DNA of 64,000 nt from Diplonema japonicum (taxonomy: Eukaryota > Protista > Euglenozoa: Diplonemea), in the NCBI GenBank assembly GCA_964019335.1, contig OZ025724.1, forward strand, positions 248,001 to 312,000. Direction: 5' to 3'. A model generated the notes under the pieces. That model was not told where the DNA came from. It did no database searches and saw only the letters and a program-made list of their open reading frames with translations. Shown here piece after piece: positions 21,990-34,440 of the stretch (its first letter is position 1; every line of letters starts with the position of its first letter). Position numbers and translations under genes: made by a program.

Positions 21990-24900
21990 TGGGGCTTTGG
22001 TTGCAACACTATTTGGCGTTAAGTGTGCAGCGTGGTGGGGGGTCTATCTTGTGTTGTTACCCTTCTGCGTCGCTGCATTTTTATCGGCAGATGGGGTGGG
22101 GATACTTCGGGTAGGTTCGAGGTAGGTCGGCACGAACTTGTCGCTCCAGTCGTCTCTCCCCGGTGAACCGGTTGCGAGTCGCTGTTCGAGGATGAAGCGC
22201 ACCTTGTCGTACGATGCGAATGTGGGTCTGCAGGTATACCCTCGGATCCGTTTGTTTGCACCAATGGATCGGAGGGAGGATGTCAAGAAAGGTTTCCCGG
22301 GGATAGGAGGGGGTCGTGCTTTCTTTTCGGCCACCTCTGACAGTTTTGTCAGAACTTTAGCTAGCCGGTTTGCACGCTTACGTACGTCAGCCGTATCTTC
22401 CAAGATGAGCTGTTTGGTCGTGGCCTCAAAGTCGAGTGCGAGCTCTATCCTTGAGACTGAACCATGTGGGCTCCACTGCAGCATGCGAAGCCATTTGAGC
22501 ACTTCTGGGACAATCGTATCCCCTTGGAAGTGTTTCAGTCCGTTGTTCTTGTACCAATCCAGGCTTGGCACCGAGCACCCTCTTCCAACCAGCGGTCTGT
22601 TCCAAGGGAACCTTTCTACCGCGGCCTTCTTCGTTTCCTGCTTCGCGCTCACTCTCCTGATGATCGCAAGCAGCATCTGTTGTATTACCTCTGGCCGTTC
22701 CGTCTTACATTCCAGAGGGATGATGCCGTGTAGTGCAAGGCAGCGTGTGATCCCCTCTTGCCTGTATGCATGCATTGCAGGGGCGAACTCAGGTGCACCG
22801 CGTACCTCTTCGTGTGCCTTGCATTTCCAGAACGTGTGTATGGTGTACTCGTCTTGCGTGGTGAAGAGCGCCTCACACCCAATACATTGTACCTCTGGTT
22901 CGACGATCGGGTAGCTGCGGAACATGGCACCCGTGATCATCCTCAAGCCAAGTCGTTCCTCTTGCACGGACCTGGCACTCTTCCACACCTCGTTAGTGCG
23001 GACTTCGTCAATTGCGCGGCCGACACCAATAAAGGAGGGTCTGCCTTTGGCAACTGCGTTCCTTCTGATCGCTTTCGTCACTCGCCGTATCTCATGACCT
23101 CTGGCAGCTTTATGCACGCCCAAGAGGGCCCTGGCCCAAGGCCATCCGAGCTTGGCTGGTTCCAGAAGACGCAGGAGTGTTCCTATGGGACCAGCGGACC
23201 TCATATTCTTCGTGTACTTCTTCCGGATCTTTCTTGCACGCTTTCGTATTCTTCGATTTTCCGCTAGCCTCAGGACGGTGCCCGCCGTCTTGTAGGCAAA
23301 GGCAGCAAGAGGGTCGTGTGTGTGGCCCGGTAGTGCGATGTTCAAGAGCGCGCCCGATGAGCGCGTGGTGTTGTACGGACCCCACAGACAATCTGTTACA
23401 GCGATCCTAAGGGCGTCGATCTTCGCGTTTGACGGTGGGGCATATGGCGCACCGTATAAGGCAGCGGGTAGAATAGATTGGCTCACGATGAGGGCTTTCT
23501 TTGTAAAGGGTAGTTGTAACGCGGCCAGTCTCTTGGCTGTCTCGACCGCTTTCTCCACCCTCTTGTTGTCAGCCCTACCTTTCCTTTCCATTGACAGAGT
23601 GACTCCAAGGATCTTCACCTTCTTCTTCGTAGCAAACGTAAATCCACCCTGTCGTAGAGTTGACGTATACTTCTTCACGGTGCTGAAAGCAAGCGTCTTC
23701 TCGTGGTTCAGAGCCATCCCTGTGATTTTACAGAACTCGGATACTCTATCAACAGCTCGCTGTACGTGTCGTTCTGACTTCCTGCTGTACATCGTCACAT
23801 CATCGGCGTATGAGGTAGTTTTTGCCTTCGTCAAGTGTCCGATTTCTTTGACCATGATCGACAGCAGTGCGTTGATCAGAACGGCCGACAGCGGGCACCC
23901 CTGGAGGATTCCATTGTCCACGTGTAGCACCTCGCCTACCCCAAGCGGTAGTTTTAGTCGGCGTTGCAGATTCTCGATACACGTATCGCATCGGACGGGT
24001 GATGGATACGCTCAGGCCAAGGTCCTCTACTAACGAAAGGGCAATCTCCTGCGGAACTCGATCAAAGCACTTTTGGAAGTCCAGCGCTAAGCCATACAGT
24101 GGCCTCCCACCTAGGAGTGCATCCTCTACCATTGTCGATATGTCCATGAGGACATGGTCAGCTCCGTGTTTGGGCCTGAAGCCGTGCATGGTGGGATCGA
24201 TCCATTTCTCCTGCCATTCGAGAACATGTTTGAGTCGGACACAGGCCCACAGGCGGTAAATCACACTGGTGACGGTGATCGGTCGATGGTCAAGCGGTTG
24301 GCCTGTACCATTTTTCGGGAGCATCGAGATCAACGCAGTCATCACAGTGTCGGGCCAACGACCCTGTAGCTCAATAGCATTGAAAAGGTCCGCGAATGAG
24401 CCAAGAACATCGTCCGGCAGACAATGGAGCTCAGCAAAGCGCCACCCGTCAACAGCACACGCAGTCTTCTTCTTCGTTCTCGCGAGGACTACGCGCAAGT
24501 CCTGCACCGTAATCAGAGGACATGTCATTTCGGTGCGTTTGATGAACTGTCCGTAGGTCGCTTTGAATTTCTTGTACGACGGCTTGGTCTCTCCGTTTCC
24601 GAAGAGGCAGAAAACTTTCGCCCAATGCTGCTCCAAGGTCCTCAACATTTCGACTGCGTTAGCGGTGATCTGCCCACTGTCGCGCCGTACGGTTTGCGTG
24701 GTCTTCGTTTCTTGTTCCACCGTACCATCCTTTAAAAATGCCGTCACACGTTTACGGTCCGTGCCAAACTCTTCCGCAGTCCACCTCGCGTACTCCTTGT
24801 TCCGGTGTCTCTTGTTGCGGCTGATTATCTCAGCGTTCGACTTCGCAGCCCTACCCCTAAGCTCAGCCATCGCCGTGTAAATCTCGTCGTTACAAGACCA

Positions 24901-27207
24901 ATCTTGGGGGTCGGGTCTCTCAGTCCATAGCTTCAGACGCACTGCAGTGGTGTACACGTTACGTATCTGTGCCCTCATCTCGTGCGACATGCATCCTATC
25001 GCGGGTGTTTCTTCCATTCGTCGGATCAATGATTTAATCTTCCGCTTAAGGATCGCGACTTGGTTCTCTTTGCAGGTCGCTGCCCCACACCCTTCATGAT
25101 TCGACGGTGCGGAAATCTCCCGAAGCACCGGTTGCCGCAAGTCTCCTCGCCCCCGCTGTGTGAGATCGGCTCCTAGGAGGTCCTCAACAGCGACGGCTAG
25201 GTATCGAATGGCCGAGTTCAGGTTAGTCAGCAGGGTAGTGTTGAAGATTCTGCGGTCGAACAAGCCAGGCGTTCCCGTGATGACGGTGTTCGGACATTTG
25301 AGCTGTCTGGGTACCTTGTACATGGGTACAAGTTGCCGCATGGCTGGTAACTTCAGCGTCACAGTTAGCGCTCGATGCGACGGCACGCCTATGTCTTCAG
25401 TAACACAGGACACAAGCGCTGCAGCAGCTATGGGGTTCATCAGGATGTAGTCGGGTCTTGTGGCTGCAACGGCAGTAACGTAGGTGGGGCTTGGGTCCCT
25501 CCCTTGATGTTTTGCAAACATCGCGGATGCGTCCACCCAGTGCGTGTTAAGCGCATGTTGCAATGTAGGAGATGCATCGATTGTAGTGTTCATATCTCCA
25601 ACTACAATGATCGGGACCTGGCCTAGCGATATCCGCAATCGGTTTAGGATATTGCAAAGTAAGGTTTCGCGAGCAGCGACTCCAGCCTTCGACTTATCAA
25701 CATCGGCGTACAGGTTAACTACGTGTAACCACCTGTTGCCTTCACCCATCGCGTACATTACATGTTGGAATCTCGTCTGCTGTCCAACATCCGGGAGGAC
25801 ATGCTGTTCTATGCAGGTGCCGGGAATACGGTATAATGTGGCGACGCCTCCCCTCTCCGCTAAGGTTGGGGATTCAACACCGTCCAGCATCAGTCCACGT
25901 TGCGGTTTCCCAAATATGACACGCCTCTGCGTCATACCCGGATCCCCCTTCATTGTTGTAGCCACTTGGAATTGTGTCGTAGCCGTCAGCGCCGTCTCCT
26001 GAACACACAGGATATTGGCTGTTACCTTCTTGAGGATGTGGAATGTGTTGTTCCACGAAGTAACGTTAACCGATGTTATCGTCACTGTGTCGCACGTTTT
26101 CGCATCACCTATCGATGTCAAGGGCGGACGCGGAACACTACCTTTCGTGCCTTGAGGTTCTCCCGCTGGAACGTAGAAGTCCTTCCATAATCCTGTCGTC
26201 TTCACCTTGAGGGATATCTTCTTGCATGGCGGGCCAGGGTTGGGGTGCACATCACCATCAGCTAACAGCCTGAGGAGTGCCTCCATCGCGATGTTTGAAT
26301 ATGCATGTTTTTGGTTGCATATTCGGGGAAGGGAGAAGTAGGGGCTCATGCTAAACACTGAAGGGGGGTAGCAGAGCAGGGGAACACTGATTGGGAGGAA
26401 GATCATGATACGGGTCCTCATCTTTGGCGATGTGTGCTCTTCCCTGTTGCACACTTCTGATGTTGTTGTTTTTGTTGATGTTGTTGTAGAAGTTGTTGAG
26501 TTGCGCCTAGCTGTTGCACCATAGGCGCCATTGCCTGCGCGATCAACCTTTGTACCACATCGGTAGCTCCAAGCGGGTCTTGGGTGGGCGGGGTCGGTTC
26601 TGGTTTCTTGGTAGCGGTAACCTGCTGTACGGCCTGCTGCAGTTGCTGGATCTGTTGGACGATGGGTTTCAGTGCCTCTGCGATGATGCCGTTCACCATG
26701 TCCGCCCAGTTCGGTGGTGTAGGCTGCGGGGACGACAACGAAGGTTGTTGGGGTTTCCAGGCGCTCGTCGTGCCACCTTGGAACGTCACAGTCCCGCCGA
26801 TCCCTACACCTTCCTTCTTCGCCTTCGGGTTTTTCGCCTTTGGGTTTTTCGCCTTCGGGTCTCTCGCATTCGGGTTCTTCGCCTTCGCCCCAGCCGTCTT
26901 TTTCGGTCTTTGGTTTACCACAGTCTTCGATGTCACGTCGCCCTTCTCCGCGTCGGTCTCCTCCATCTTGGCGTCCACTCGGCGCTCGTTCTTCTTCCTT
27001 AGCAGTCCGATCCCACCGAACAGCGGCACCTCGAACCCGGGTGGCTCCTTCTGTGCTAGCAGCATCCACCTTTTGGTCGACCCTCTTAGGGATGACCGAG
27101 TCACCTCGACCGTCCACCCCCATGCAGCCAACATCATCTTGAGCTCTGTTGGTCTCATGTCGCGTGGCACCTTCTCCAGATACCAAGCCTCCGTCTGCGG
27201 TGTCGCT
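21990..27207 (-). mobile_element. APE-type non-LTR retrotransposon D: ORF1 5'-truncated, ORF2 nearly intact (one frameshift near 23975)
   Basis: ORF1 remnant 26418-27207. ORF2 from ATG 26421 has GDVHPNPGP, APE (SVNV, CVQET, GDMN, RPDYIL, PSH), RT (HRPITVTS, HGFRP, LDFQKCFD, QGCPLS, SYADD) and a CIGC...H...C knuckle. Confidence 0.93.
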
Positions 27208-27356
27208 AAAAAAAAAAAAAAACTCGGTGAAACTGGTTGTGGATTGCGGGATCCCCTTGTCGCAGTCATCACATTTTTTTTTCGGAGGCCTTTTGCTTTC
27301 TTGGGCACTGCCTCTACTGCTCTACTATTTTTGGAACTTACTGTGTTAGAGCAAAG

Positions 27357-27644
27357 CTATCTTGTCCACGTAGCTGGGGTAATGTCGTACAAAGCCTCCT
27401 TATAGCCACAAGGGACATAGGAGTCGTGGAGGTGGGACTGCTCGCACACGTGTCCTCGGTTGCTTCTGATGTAGCACTCTGCACATATTAAACAACACAT
27501 GTTTATGCCCTCAGGCCAGTCTGCAGGCAGGGCCGCCACCCTTGCTGTTCCTCGCTCACAGGTTCCGGGCTCGAGTCTCGAGTCTATTTGCAGGCCTTTG
27601 CGTGATGCATCTGGTGAGGAATAATATCTTTTTTGGGTTTGCAT
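27357..27644 (-). CDS. Small Cys/His-rich hypothetical protein or gene relic
   Basis: ATG preceded by an A-run like bona fide genes; CLICAEC...HVC motif; coding-like sequence continues past the TAG to ~27225. Confidence 0.3.
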   Translation of the reverse strand: MQTQKRYYSSPDASRKGLQIDSRLEPGTCERGTARVAALPADWPEGINMCCLICAECYIRSNRGHVCEQSHLHDSYVPCGYKEALYDITPATWTR

Positions 27645-28083
27645 TGTTTTTTTTTTTCCTTTTTTTTTCTTCTCCCTTTCCCCCCCTTCCCTCTTAGTTA
27701 AGGCTAGTAACGAACTGTTTACAAGAGAAAAAAAAAGTGGGGGGAAGAAAAAGAAAACGTACAGGGAGAGGTAAGTTTTGCGAGATAGTAGTTTGGGAGT
27801 GGAACAAATGGATTCTTTTCTTCTTCTTTTTTTCTTCTTCTCTCTTTCTTTTATCTTTTTTTCCCTTCCTCTTTCTTTTTTGTTTTTTCTTTTTGTCTAA
27901 AAAAAAAAAAGAAAAAAGAAGCAAAACGGGAAACGATAGAAGGAAGAGAAGAAAAAAAAAATGAAAAAAGTGCACACAAAAGAAAAAGAAAATAGAATTT
28001 AGAGTGCATATGTTTATGTTTGGCAAAAAAAAAAAAAAAAACGAAAGAAAAATCCTTTTGTTGCTGGGGGCTACGTCCCCCGC

Positions 28084-28560
28084 TTAGCGCTTTCGTAGTC
28101 TAGCGATCTGTGCCCTGAGGTCTGAAGGACTGGGGCACAGCAGAGGGGCTTCGACATCAGGTCTTTCAAATTTCTTTTTACCGGCAGCTTTTGTTACTTG
28201 CAAGGCTTCGATAGGTTTACTCCTGAAACCTGTAGGTGGAAGCACAGGTGGAGGAGGAGGAGGAGGAGGTGGTGGTACCCCAAAGTTCCTTGCAGGTGCA
28301 GGAGGAGGAGGTGGAACTGATGGTCCCGAAGTTACAGTATTTGCAACAGCCCTGCCCTGTGCCGGTGGTGGGGGTGGGGGTGGGGGCTTCGCCCCCACGA
28401 TTCCCCTCGCCCTCTTCTTCTTCTTTTTATCTTCCACAACATCATCTTGCACCGTCGTGACCTCCACCTGCCCCAAGGTCATGCCACAACCCACATCCCT
28501 TGTCTCCGGCCTGTTGTTGCTTTCATGAGAGGATGCCCCGTCACTACCGCAGTTGCCCAT
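28084..28560 (-). CDS. Small dually acylated polyproline protein with WH2-like C-terminus
   Basis: MGNCGS N-terminus (myristoylation/palmitoylation-like), three polyproline tracts, C-terminal DLRAQIARLRK; ATG follows a long A-run. Confidence 0.7.
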   Translation of the reverse strand: MGNCGSDGASSHESNNRPETRDVGCGMTLGQVEVTTVQDDVVEDKKKKKRARGIVGAKPPPPPPPPAQGRAVANTVTSGPSVPPPPPAPARNFGVPPPPPPPPPPVLPPTGFRSKPIEALQVTKAAGKKKFERPDVEAPLLCPSPSDLRAQIARLRKR

Positions 28561-28741
28561 CTTTTTTTTTTTTTTTTTTTTTTTTTTGTGTATTTAGCTA
28601 GAAAACTATAAAAAAAAATAAATGTAAACTCCAAAAAAAAAAAAAAAAAATCTACACACTTTTATCTCCCCCACTTTTTCATTTTTTTTTTTTTTTTTTT
28701 TTTAAAGAGACCAAAAGGTTTTGCAGTTTTTTCTTTCCCTT

Positions 28742-29863
28742 TCACACCCACGAGTGTGCTCGGATGCCTCTCTCCCGCAGCACCTTGAAGATCTCGTAGC
28801 TGTCGGACAAGGTACGCGTTGAAAGCGCAAGGGTGTCCCTGCCCCACCCGCCGGGCCAGGTCAACGGCGACCTCTTAACATGGTGCTCCCACACAAGCTC
28901 ATCAACAAGGGCGTGGAGCTCAGTGTCTTCAAGAAGCGTGGCGATCAGGGCCTCCTCAACTGTAGGGTTATCGATGTCCAGCTTCACCACACAGAAAGAA
29001 GAAGGCTTACACAGGGACTTTACAAAGTTCCACGGGTTGTCCGGCGAACCAGGAGCAGGTTGAACAGGTATGTTATAGAACGCCATGATCGGCTTAACAT
29101 CCGCAGGGACCTCCGCCCAGTATTTATCCTGAGGTATGGGACTGGCCTCGAAAGCAAGGATTCTGTCAAAGTTGATGTTGTTTGCACGGAATTTTTCGAC
29201 GAACCACTTTTGGCTGGCGTCGCCGGGGCCCTTTGTGTATGTTGATGCTCCAAGGTCGAACAAAATCTTTTCCTCTTCAGGGAGCTGCTCAGCTGACGGG
29301 AAGAGCAGGAATTCCTTTGAAAAGGTTTGGCATTTATATCTTGATCTAATGCAAATTCTGTTTCTTTCGGAGGGAAGCTTATCTTCTTCTAAGCAAACTG
29401 CCCTTGGATGCCGGAGGAATCCCACCAACGGTTCTATTTCTATGTGAAACATCTCAGGCTGCTTGCCCGGACAGGTTTTCTGGTAATCGAAGCGAGAAAA
29501 TATTTTTCGGTCGCGGTTTTTCGACGACATTTGATTTTCGAAATCGATTACGGTTTTTTCGTCGTTTTTCATTACGGTGCAGCCGCCACCTGGTTGTTTC
29601 CAGTGTTCTACGTCACGGGGATCGTCAGGTCCTTGTAGGGTGTCTATGTTTTTTACCCATTTTTCCTCCCATTGGCTTGGAGTGTAGCCCAACCATTTTA
29701 TGGTGCACCCGTCCCTTTGTTTCGTTTCCTTTTCCACCGGCTTGCACTCAACGTTTGTTCTAAAACCGGTTCCTTCACTGTGCCTGTTTCCCAGCAAATA
29801 CCCCACGAGCATCGATGCGATCATTAGGAGGGCTGTGTTTATCTTTTTTGTGTTGACCGCCAT
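28742..29863 (-). CDS. Type II membrane FkbM-like SAM-dependent methyltransferase-fold protein
   Basis: N-terminal signal anchor; FDLGAS, RILAFE, VKLDID...E, VDELVWEHH motifs. Confidence 0.7.
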   Translation of the reverse strand: MAVNTKKINTALLMIASMLVGYLLGNRHSEGTGFRTNVECKPVEKETKQRDGCTIKWLGYTPSQWEEKWVKNIDTLQGPDDPRDVEHWKQPGGGCTVMKNDEKTVIDFENQMSSKNRDRKIFSRFDYQKTCPGKQPEMFHIEIEPLVGFLRHPRAVCLEEDKLPSERNRICIRSRYKCQTFSKEFLLFPSAEQLPEEEKILFDLGASTYTKGPGDASQKWFVEKFRANNINFDRILAFEASPIPQDKYWAEVPADVKPIMAFYNIPVQPAPGSPDNPWNFVKSLCKPSSFCVVKLDIDNPTVEEALIATLLEDTELHALVDELVWEHHVKRSPLTWPGGWGRDTLALSTRTLSDSYEIFKVLRERGIRAHSWV

Positions 29864-30097
29864 TTTCTTTTTAAAAACTTTTTTTTTCGTTTTTTTTTTT
29901 TTTTTTTTTTTTTCCCCCTCCTTCCCCCTCTCTTTTATTGTTTGTGGTTTCTTTTTTGTTTTTTTTTTAAAATTTGAAAAAAGGGAGAAAAAAAAATGGG
30001 TTTGCCGTTGGCTGGTAGTTTAACGGGTTCATCGTCATTTCACTTGCTTTTTTTGACATTTTTTTTTTTTGTGCACGAGGGTTCTTGAATTTAATAA

Positions 30098-30165
30098 GAA
30101 TTCGGTGTGCAAGGGAGGGGGGGGTGCTCACTGTTCAAGAAGAAATTCACACTAGTCGGTTCTGA
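30098..30165 (-). mobile_element. Isolated 3'-tail relic of the element E family
   Basis: Near-copy of 30273-30330 (TTCGGTGTGC...GGTGCTCACYGTTCA...AAATTCACACTA). Confidence 0.75.
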
Positions 30166-30314
30166 GAATTGCTCGTTGTTGTCAGGTCTTCTTTTTTTTT
30201 ATATTTCTTTTTTTAAAGTTTCGCTCACTTTCGAAATAGTTTCAACAATTTGTTTTAAAAAAAAATTTGATAAATTTCGGTGTGCGGGTGGGTGCTCACC
30301 GTTCAGGGAGAAAT

Positions 30315-33300
30315 TCACACTAATCGGTCACCGTTCTGCGGTTGCTGTCTGGTGCCTGCGGTGGCTGTTTGTCGCGATGAGATGGACGGCATCTGGGCGA
30401 GAAACATTGCTTGGAGTCGTGCTAGGTAGGGGGCGGTTTGGCTCGAGGAGAAGAGTGGTCTCCTGTCGTAGCCGTGTGTCGTCGGGCCCCCAAGATGTCG
30501 AAGGGTGTGTACCCTTGTCTTTGCGTTGGCGGGGAAAGCATTCTTCCCACTCTTTGCTGTGCATTTCTGAATACGTCCTAAGATGTATCGCATCCTTCCA
30601 GCCTTCTCTGTGAGCCAGTCCTGGTCGTCGAGGGGTCCAGCCAAGGACTGCCGGGTGGCCTGCTCATAGTCTACTGCGAGCTCCATCGTCGTGACGGACG
30701 TCAACTTCCTACCTGCGTACCATCTTAGGCTTTTCAGCCACCTGAGGACGCTCTTCATGTAGAACATTAGGACCTTTCCCGACGCTCCGTTCGATTTCAA
30801 CAGCTCCACTGTGGGCACAGTGTGCTGCTTCCCCGTTGTGATCTCATCCCACGGGTTGGTGGTGAGGATTCTGGTGCTCCGTTCAGCCGCTCTGGCGTCT
30901 CGTCTTGACACGACATCCAACAGGTATCGTTGCACGACTGCCGCCTGTTGCTTCGCAGCCCCCGTTGCGCCCCTTGGAATGATCCCGTGGAGGGCGGTCA
31001 CTGCAGGTAGGTCACTTCGCGTCATCCCGCCATATCTTTCGTTTGTCAGGGCAGCTCTCGCTGGTGCACATTCCCACAGGGCGTGCTCCGTGACTTCTGT
31101 CGTCGTCTGGCATCGATGGTCGCAGACGTCGCACGCAAGAGACGAGCTTTCCACACCCTCACGTTCATCCAATTGCTTCCCCCACACTCGAGGGTGTACC
31201 GTGAACACTGCACCGCTGATGATCCGCCGCAGTCTGTACGATATCAGCGGTCTCCGTGACTGGAGCTTCCTCCACCAGGCGTTCGTGGACGGACATGCAC
31301 CCGCTTCCATTCCAGCAAAAGACGACCTGCCGTGGATCAATTCCTTTGCAACAGCCGGTCTGATCGCCTGTCTTACTTCATGGCGTCTCGCACTGGGCAC
31401 CAGAGCGCGCAAACCTTCAATGAAGGACCACCCCTTGTTCAGGAAGGGTAGCCACCTCTTCAGCAAGACCCCTAGCGGCCCCCTCTCCTCGTCGTCCTCT
31501 CGCTCCCGGTACAGTGTAACAATCTCATTGACTCGCTGCCACAGTTGTGGGGAGGTGAGGCTTTCTCGCATCAGGCAGTTCACCGTGTTGTAAACAATCT
31601 TCGCTTGTGGATATGCTGTGTGTCCAGGTAACAGCACATTGAGCACAGCCATCGGGGATCTCATCCTGAAGCGCGGTCCCCACAGGGAAGTCACCGTCGC
31701 TGTACAGAGCTTCTTCAGCTGGTTGTCAGACGGCGCAGCGTAGGTCGTACCGTATAGACAGGATGGTAGCACAGTGCCCGTCAGCATTGACGCCTTGTTC
31801 CCGAAGCTTAATGGCAATGCACCAAGCCGGGACAAACGGCCTTCGGCGGAATGTAGCTTGTCCAAACTATGTTTCCCGTTCATGTTCAGGATCACGCCAA
31901 GCGCCTTGATCCCCTTCGTCACTCTGAACGATGAGCCTGTGCACTTCAACCAAGGGCCGATCTCATCCTTCGTCGAGAATGCTTGTGACTTGTTTTCGTT
32001 AAGGCGCATGCCTGTCCGCTCGCAAAACTCGATTGTTTTGTTGGTCGCTCTCTTGAGTACCTCGACCAAACGCGCAAGTAGGTACGCGTCGTCCGCGTAC
32101 GACAGCGATCGCGAGCCAGGTACCTCAGCAATCACGCACTTCACCATCACTGACACCAGAGCGTTCACCAGGATGACGGAGATTGGACACCCTTGGAGAA
32201 TTCCATTTGTCACGTGGAACTCGGAACCCACGCCAGTAGGGAAGCGGAAACGTCTTTTGAGGCCTGCGTACATCGCTTTGAGCGGGGTCAGTATCCTCTG
32301 GTGCAAACCCAGGTCTTGCATAAGCCCGAACGCTACTTTCTGTGGCACCCTGTCGAAGCACTTGACGAAGTCCAGTGCTATGCCGTTAAGAGGGGTGTTG
32401 GTCAGCATCGCCGTCTCCAGCTGCGTGCTGAGCTCCATCAGGATGCTGTCCGTCCCGTGACGTGGTCGAAAACCATGCTGCGAGTCGTCCGCCCATTTCT
32501 CTTGCCATGGCGATATATCACGCAACCTGGCACAGGCCCACAGTCTGTAGACCGCACTCGTGACTGTGATGGGGCGGTGGTTGAGCGGAGTCCTCTCGCC
32601 TCCCTTCGGGATCAGCGTAACCAACGCCGTCAGGAGTGCCTTCGGCCACTTCCCTGTCACCTCGATGGCGTTGAAGAGCATCGCCCACGCATCCAACAAT
32701 ACATTTGGCATAGCGCGAAGTTCTGCCATCCTCCACCCATCAACTCCCGGTGCTGTCCTCGTCGATTTCTTGGCCAGAACTGCTCTCAGATCAGCCCCTG
32801 TCAGTGGCTGGAGCACCATGTCATGCGTCGAGATGTATGGCCCGTATCTAGCCTTGAAGGCCTCGTACGATGGTTCTTCATGCCCTTCACCGTACATCTG
32901 GAGCACGCCGTCCCATTCCGCGTGCATCATCCTGTCCATCTCGTCGAGGTCTGCGGTCAGCACTCCGCCGCTCTCCACTGCCTGCGCCGCTGACGTAGAA
33001 GTGTTTTTCACAAAGGCGGTCATCCCCCTCCGCTCCTCCTGGAACTGGGTGTTGATCCTCGCCTCGTACTTCTTCTCCCGCTCCACTCTCGTGTCCTTTG
33101 CGATCTCGCGTAGTAGCGAGGAGAGGTTGTCGTCTAGCAGTTGAAGTCTGGTGACAATCGACTCCAGGTCATCCTTCAGCAAGTTCCTATCAAACACTGG
33201 AGGGTTCGGCAGTTTCTCCAGCAAACTCAGAGCATTCGCCCAAGTCTTCAACAGAACTACTGGCATGTTGCACACTTGTCCCTTGTCAATCATCACCTGG

Positions 33301-34401
33301 ATTTCCGCGCTGATGTGTGCAAGCTTCCTCTGCAAACAGGCAATCGACTTCTGTCTACCCACCGCTGCGCCCGTGGCTTCCTTTACAGACTTGGCCGACA
33401 GGCATTTCTCCTTGGGTTTGCGCTCCTCGCCCCTCCCTCGGAAAGTCTTCTGTTGCTCCATCGGCACGCCTGTGATGCAGTGTCTTTCCGAGACGTCAGC
33501 CAGCACACGGTATGCGCCGTCGATGTCCTCAAGTTTTTGGATGAATCTCTCCGCCTGTAGCAGCTCAATCACGTGGTCATCACTAGCAGTCGACACCGGC
33601 AGTTCCTTCGGGATGAAGTACTTGCGTGTCTTGCTCTTGAGAGTAGGGATACACAGTTTGATGGAGAGGCATCTGTGTTCGTTGGTATACACCGTGTCGT
33701 GGACCCACGCCTTCTGTAGTCCCGCCGCAGCGATCGGGTTCATCAAGACGTAGTCGATGCGTGTCTTTGTGTCAGTGGCTCTCCTCACAAAGGTGTGGCT
33801 CGGCCTTACCCCGTCTTTCTCGGCCTGCATTGCTGCTGCATCCACCCAGTCACACCCAACCGCCTGCTGTAGTACACCTGATTGCGACACCTCGGTGTTT
33901 AGGTCCCCCGCGACGATGATAGGAACATCTCCCAGGGCACATCTCATCTCGTTCAGCACCTTGTTCAAAAGTGTCTCACGCTGGTGTTTGCCGTAACTTC
34001 CCGAGTGGCAATATACCACAATGAGGTGGAGCCACATGTCTCGTCCGTCCAAGTTGATCATAGCATGGACCCACCTGTTGCCGTCGTCCATCGAAGCGAC
34101 TGCTTTGACTATCGCCGGCCTGCACCGCTGTACTAGTATGCCGACTCCACCTCTTTGCTTTGTCGGGAGCAGCAAGTCCATCGACCACGATACCGGGCTG
34201 TGGGTTTCCCCACAGCGCACGATACCTGCCGTTGTCCTCAACATGCCTCCCAATCATGTGTTGTCCGTGTGCGGTCAGCTTCACTTCCTGCAAGCACGAG
34301 ATGTCGCTCTCCATGGCCAACACCTCGTCCACCTTATTGCTCAGGGACCCCACATTGAGAGTTGTGATTGTGAGCGAATTGGGGTCCCTAGCTCCACCCA
34401 T
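30315..34401 (-). CDS. ORF2 of element E: APE endonuclease, reverse transcriptase, zinc knuckle, C-terminal domain (frameshift near 34153)
   Basis: TLNVGS/CLQE in frame 33976-34401; GDLN, RIDYVL, NEH, LDFVKCFD, QGCPIS, SYADD and CDVC..H..C in frame 30315-34253. The junction AK|RGGVG matches AERGGV/AKRGGL of elements D and A. Confidence 0.9.
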
Positions 34402-34440
34402 GAAGATGTCCCTCCGGATGTCTTCATGGCTGGCGTCCCT

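Noticed and set aside
26422-27186. N-terminal ~255 aa of the 1128-aa ORF 23800-27186
   Set aside because: Off-frame overlap with the true ORF1 (26418-27207); ORF2 more plausibly starts at the ATGA overlap.
30270-30320. SECIS-like hairpin after the ORF2 TGA
   Set aside because: The related element B ends in TAG with the same hairpin core and there is no clear SECIS quartet; better read as a LINE 3' recognition stem-loop.
34145-34165. Programmed frameshift in the APE domain of element E (also near 23975 in D)
   Set aside because: No slippery heptamer; best explained by loss of an AG dinucleotide (mutation or assembly error), since homologues are continuous.
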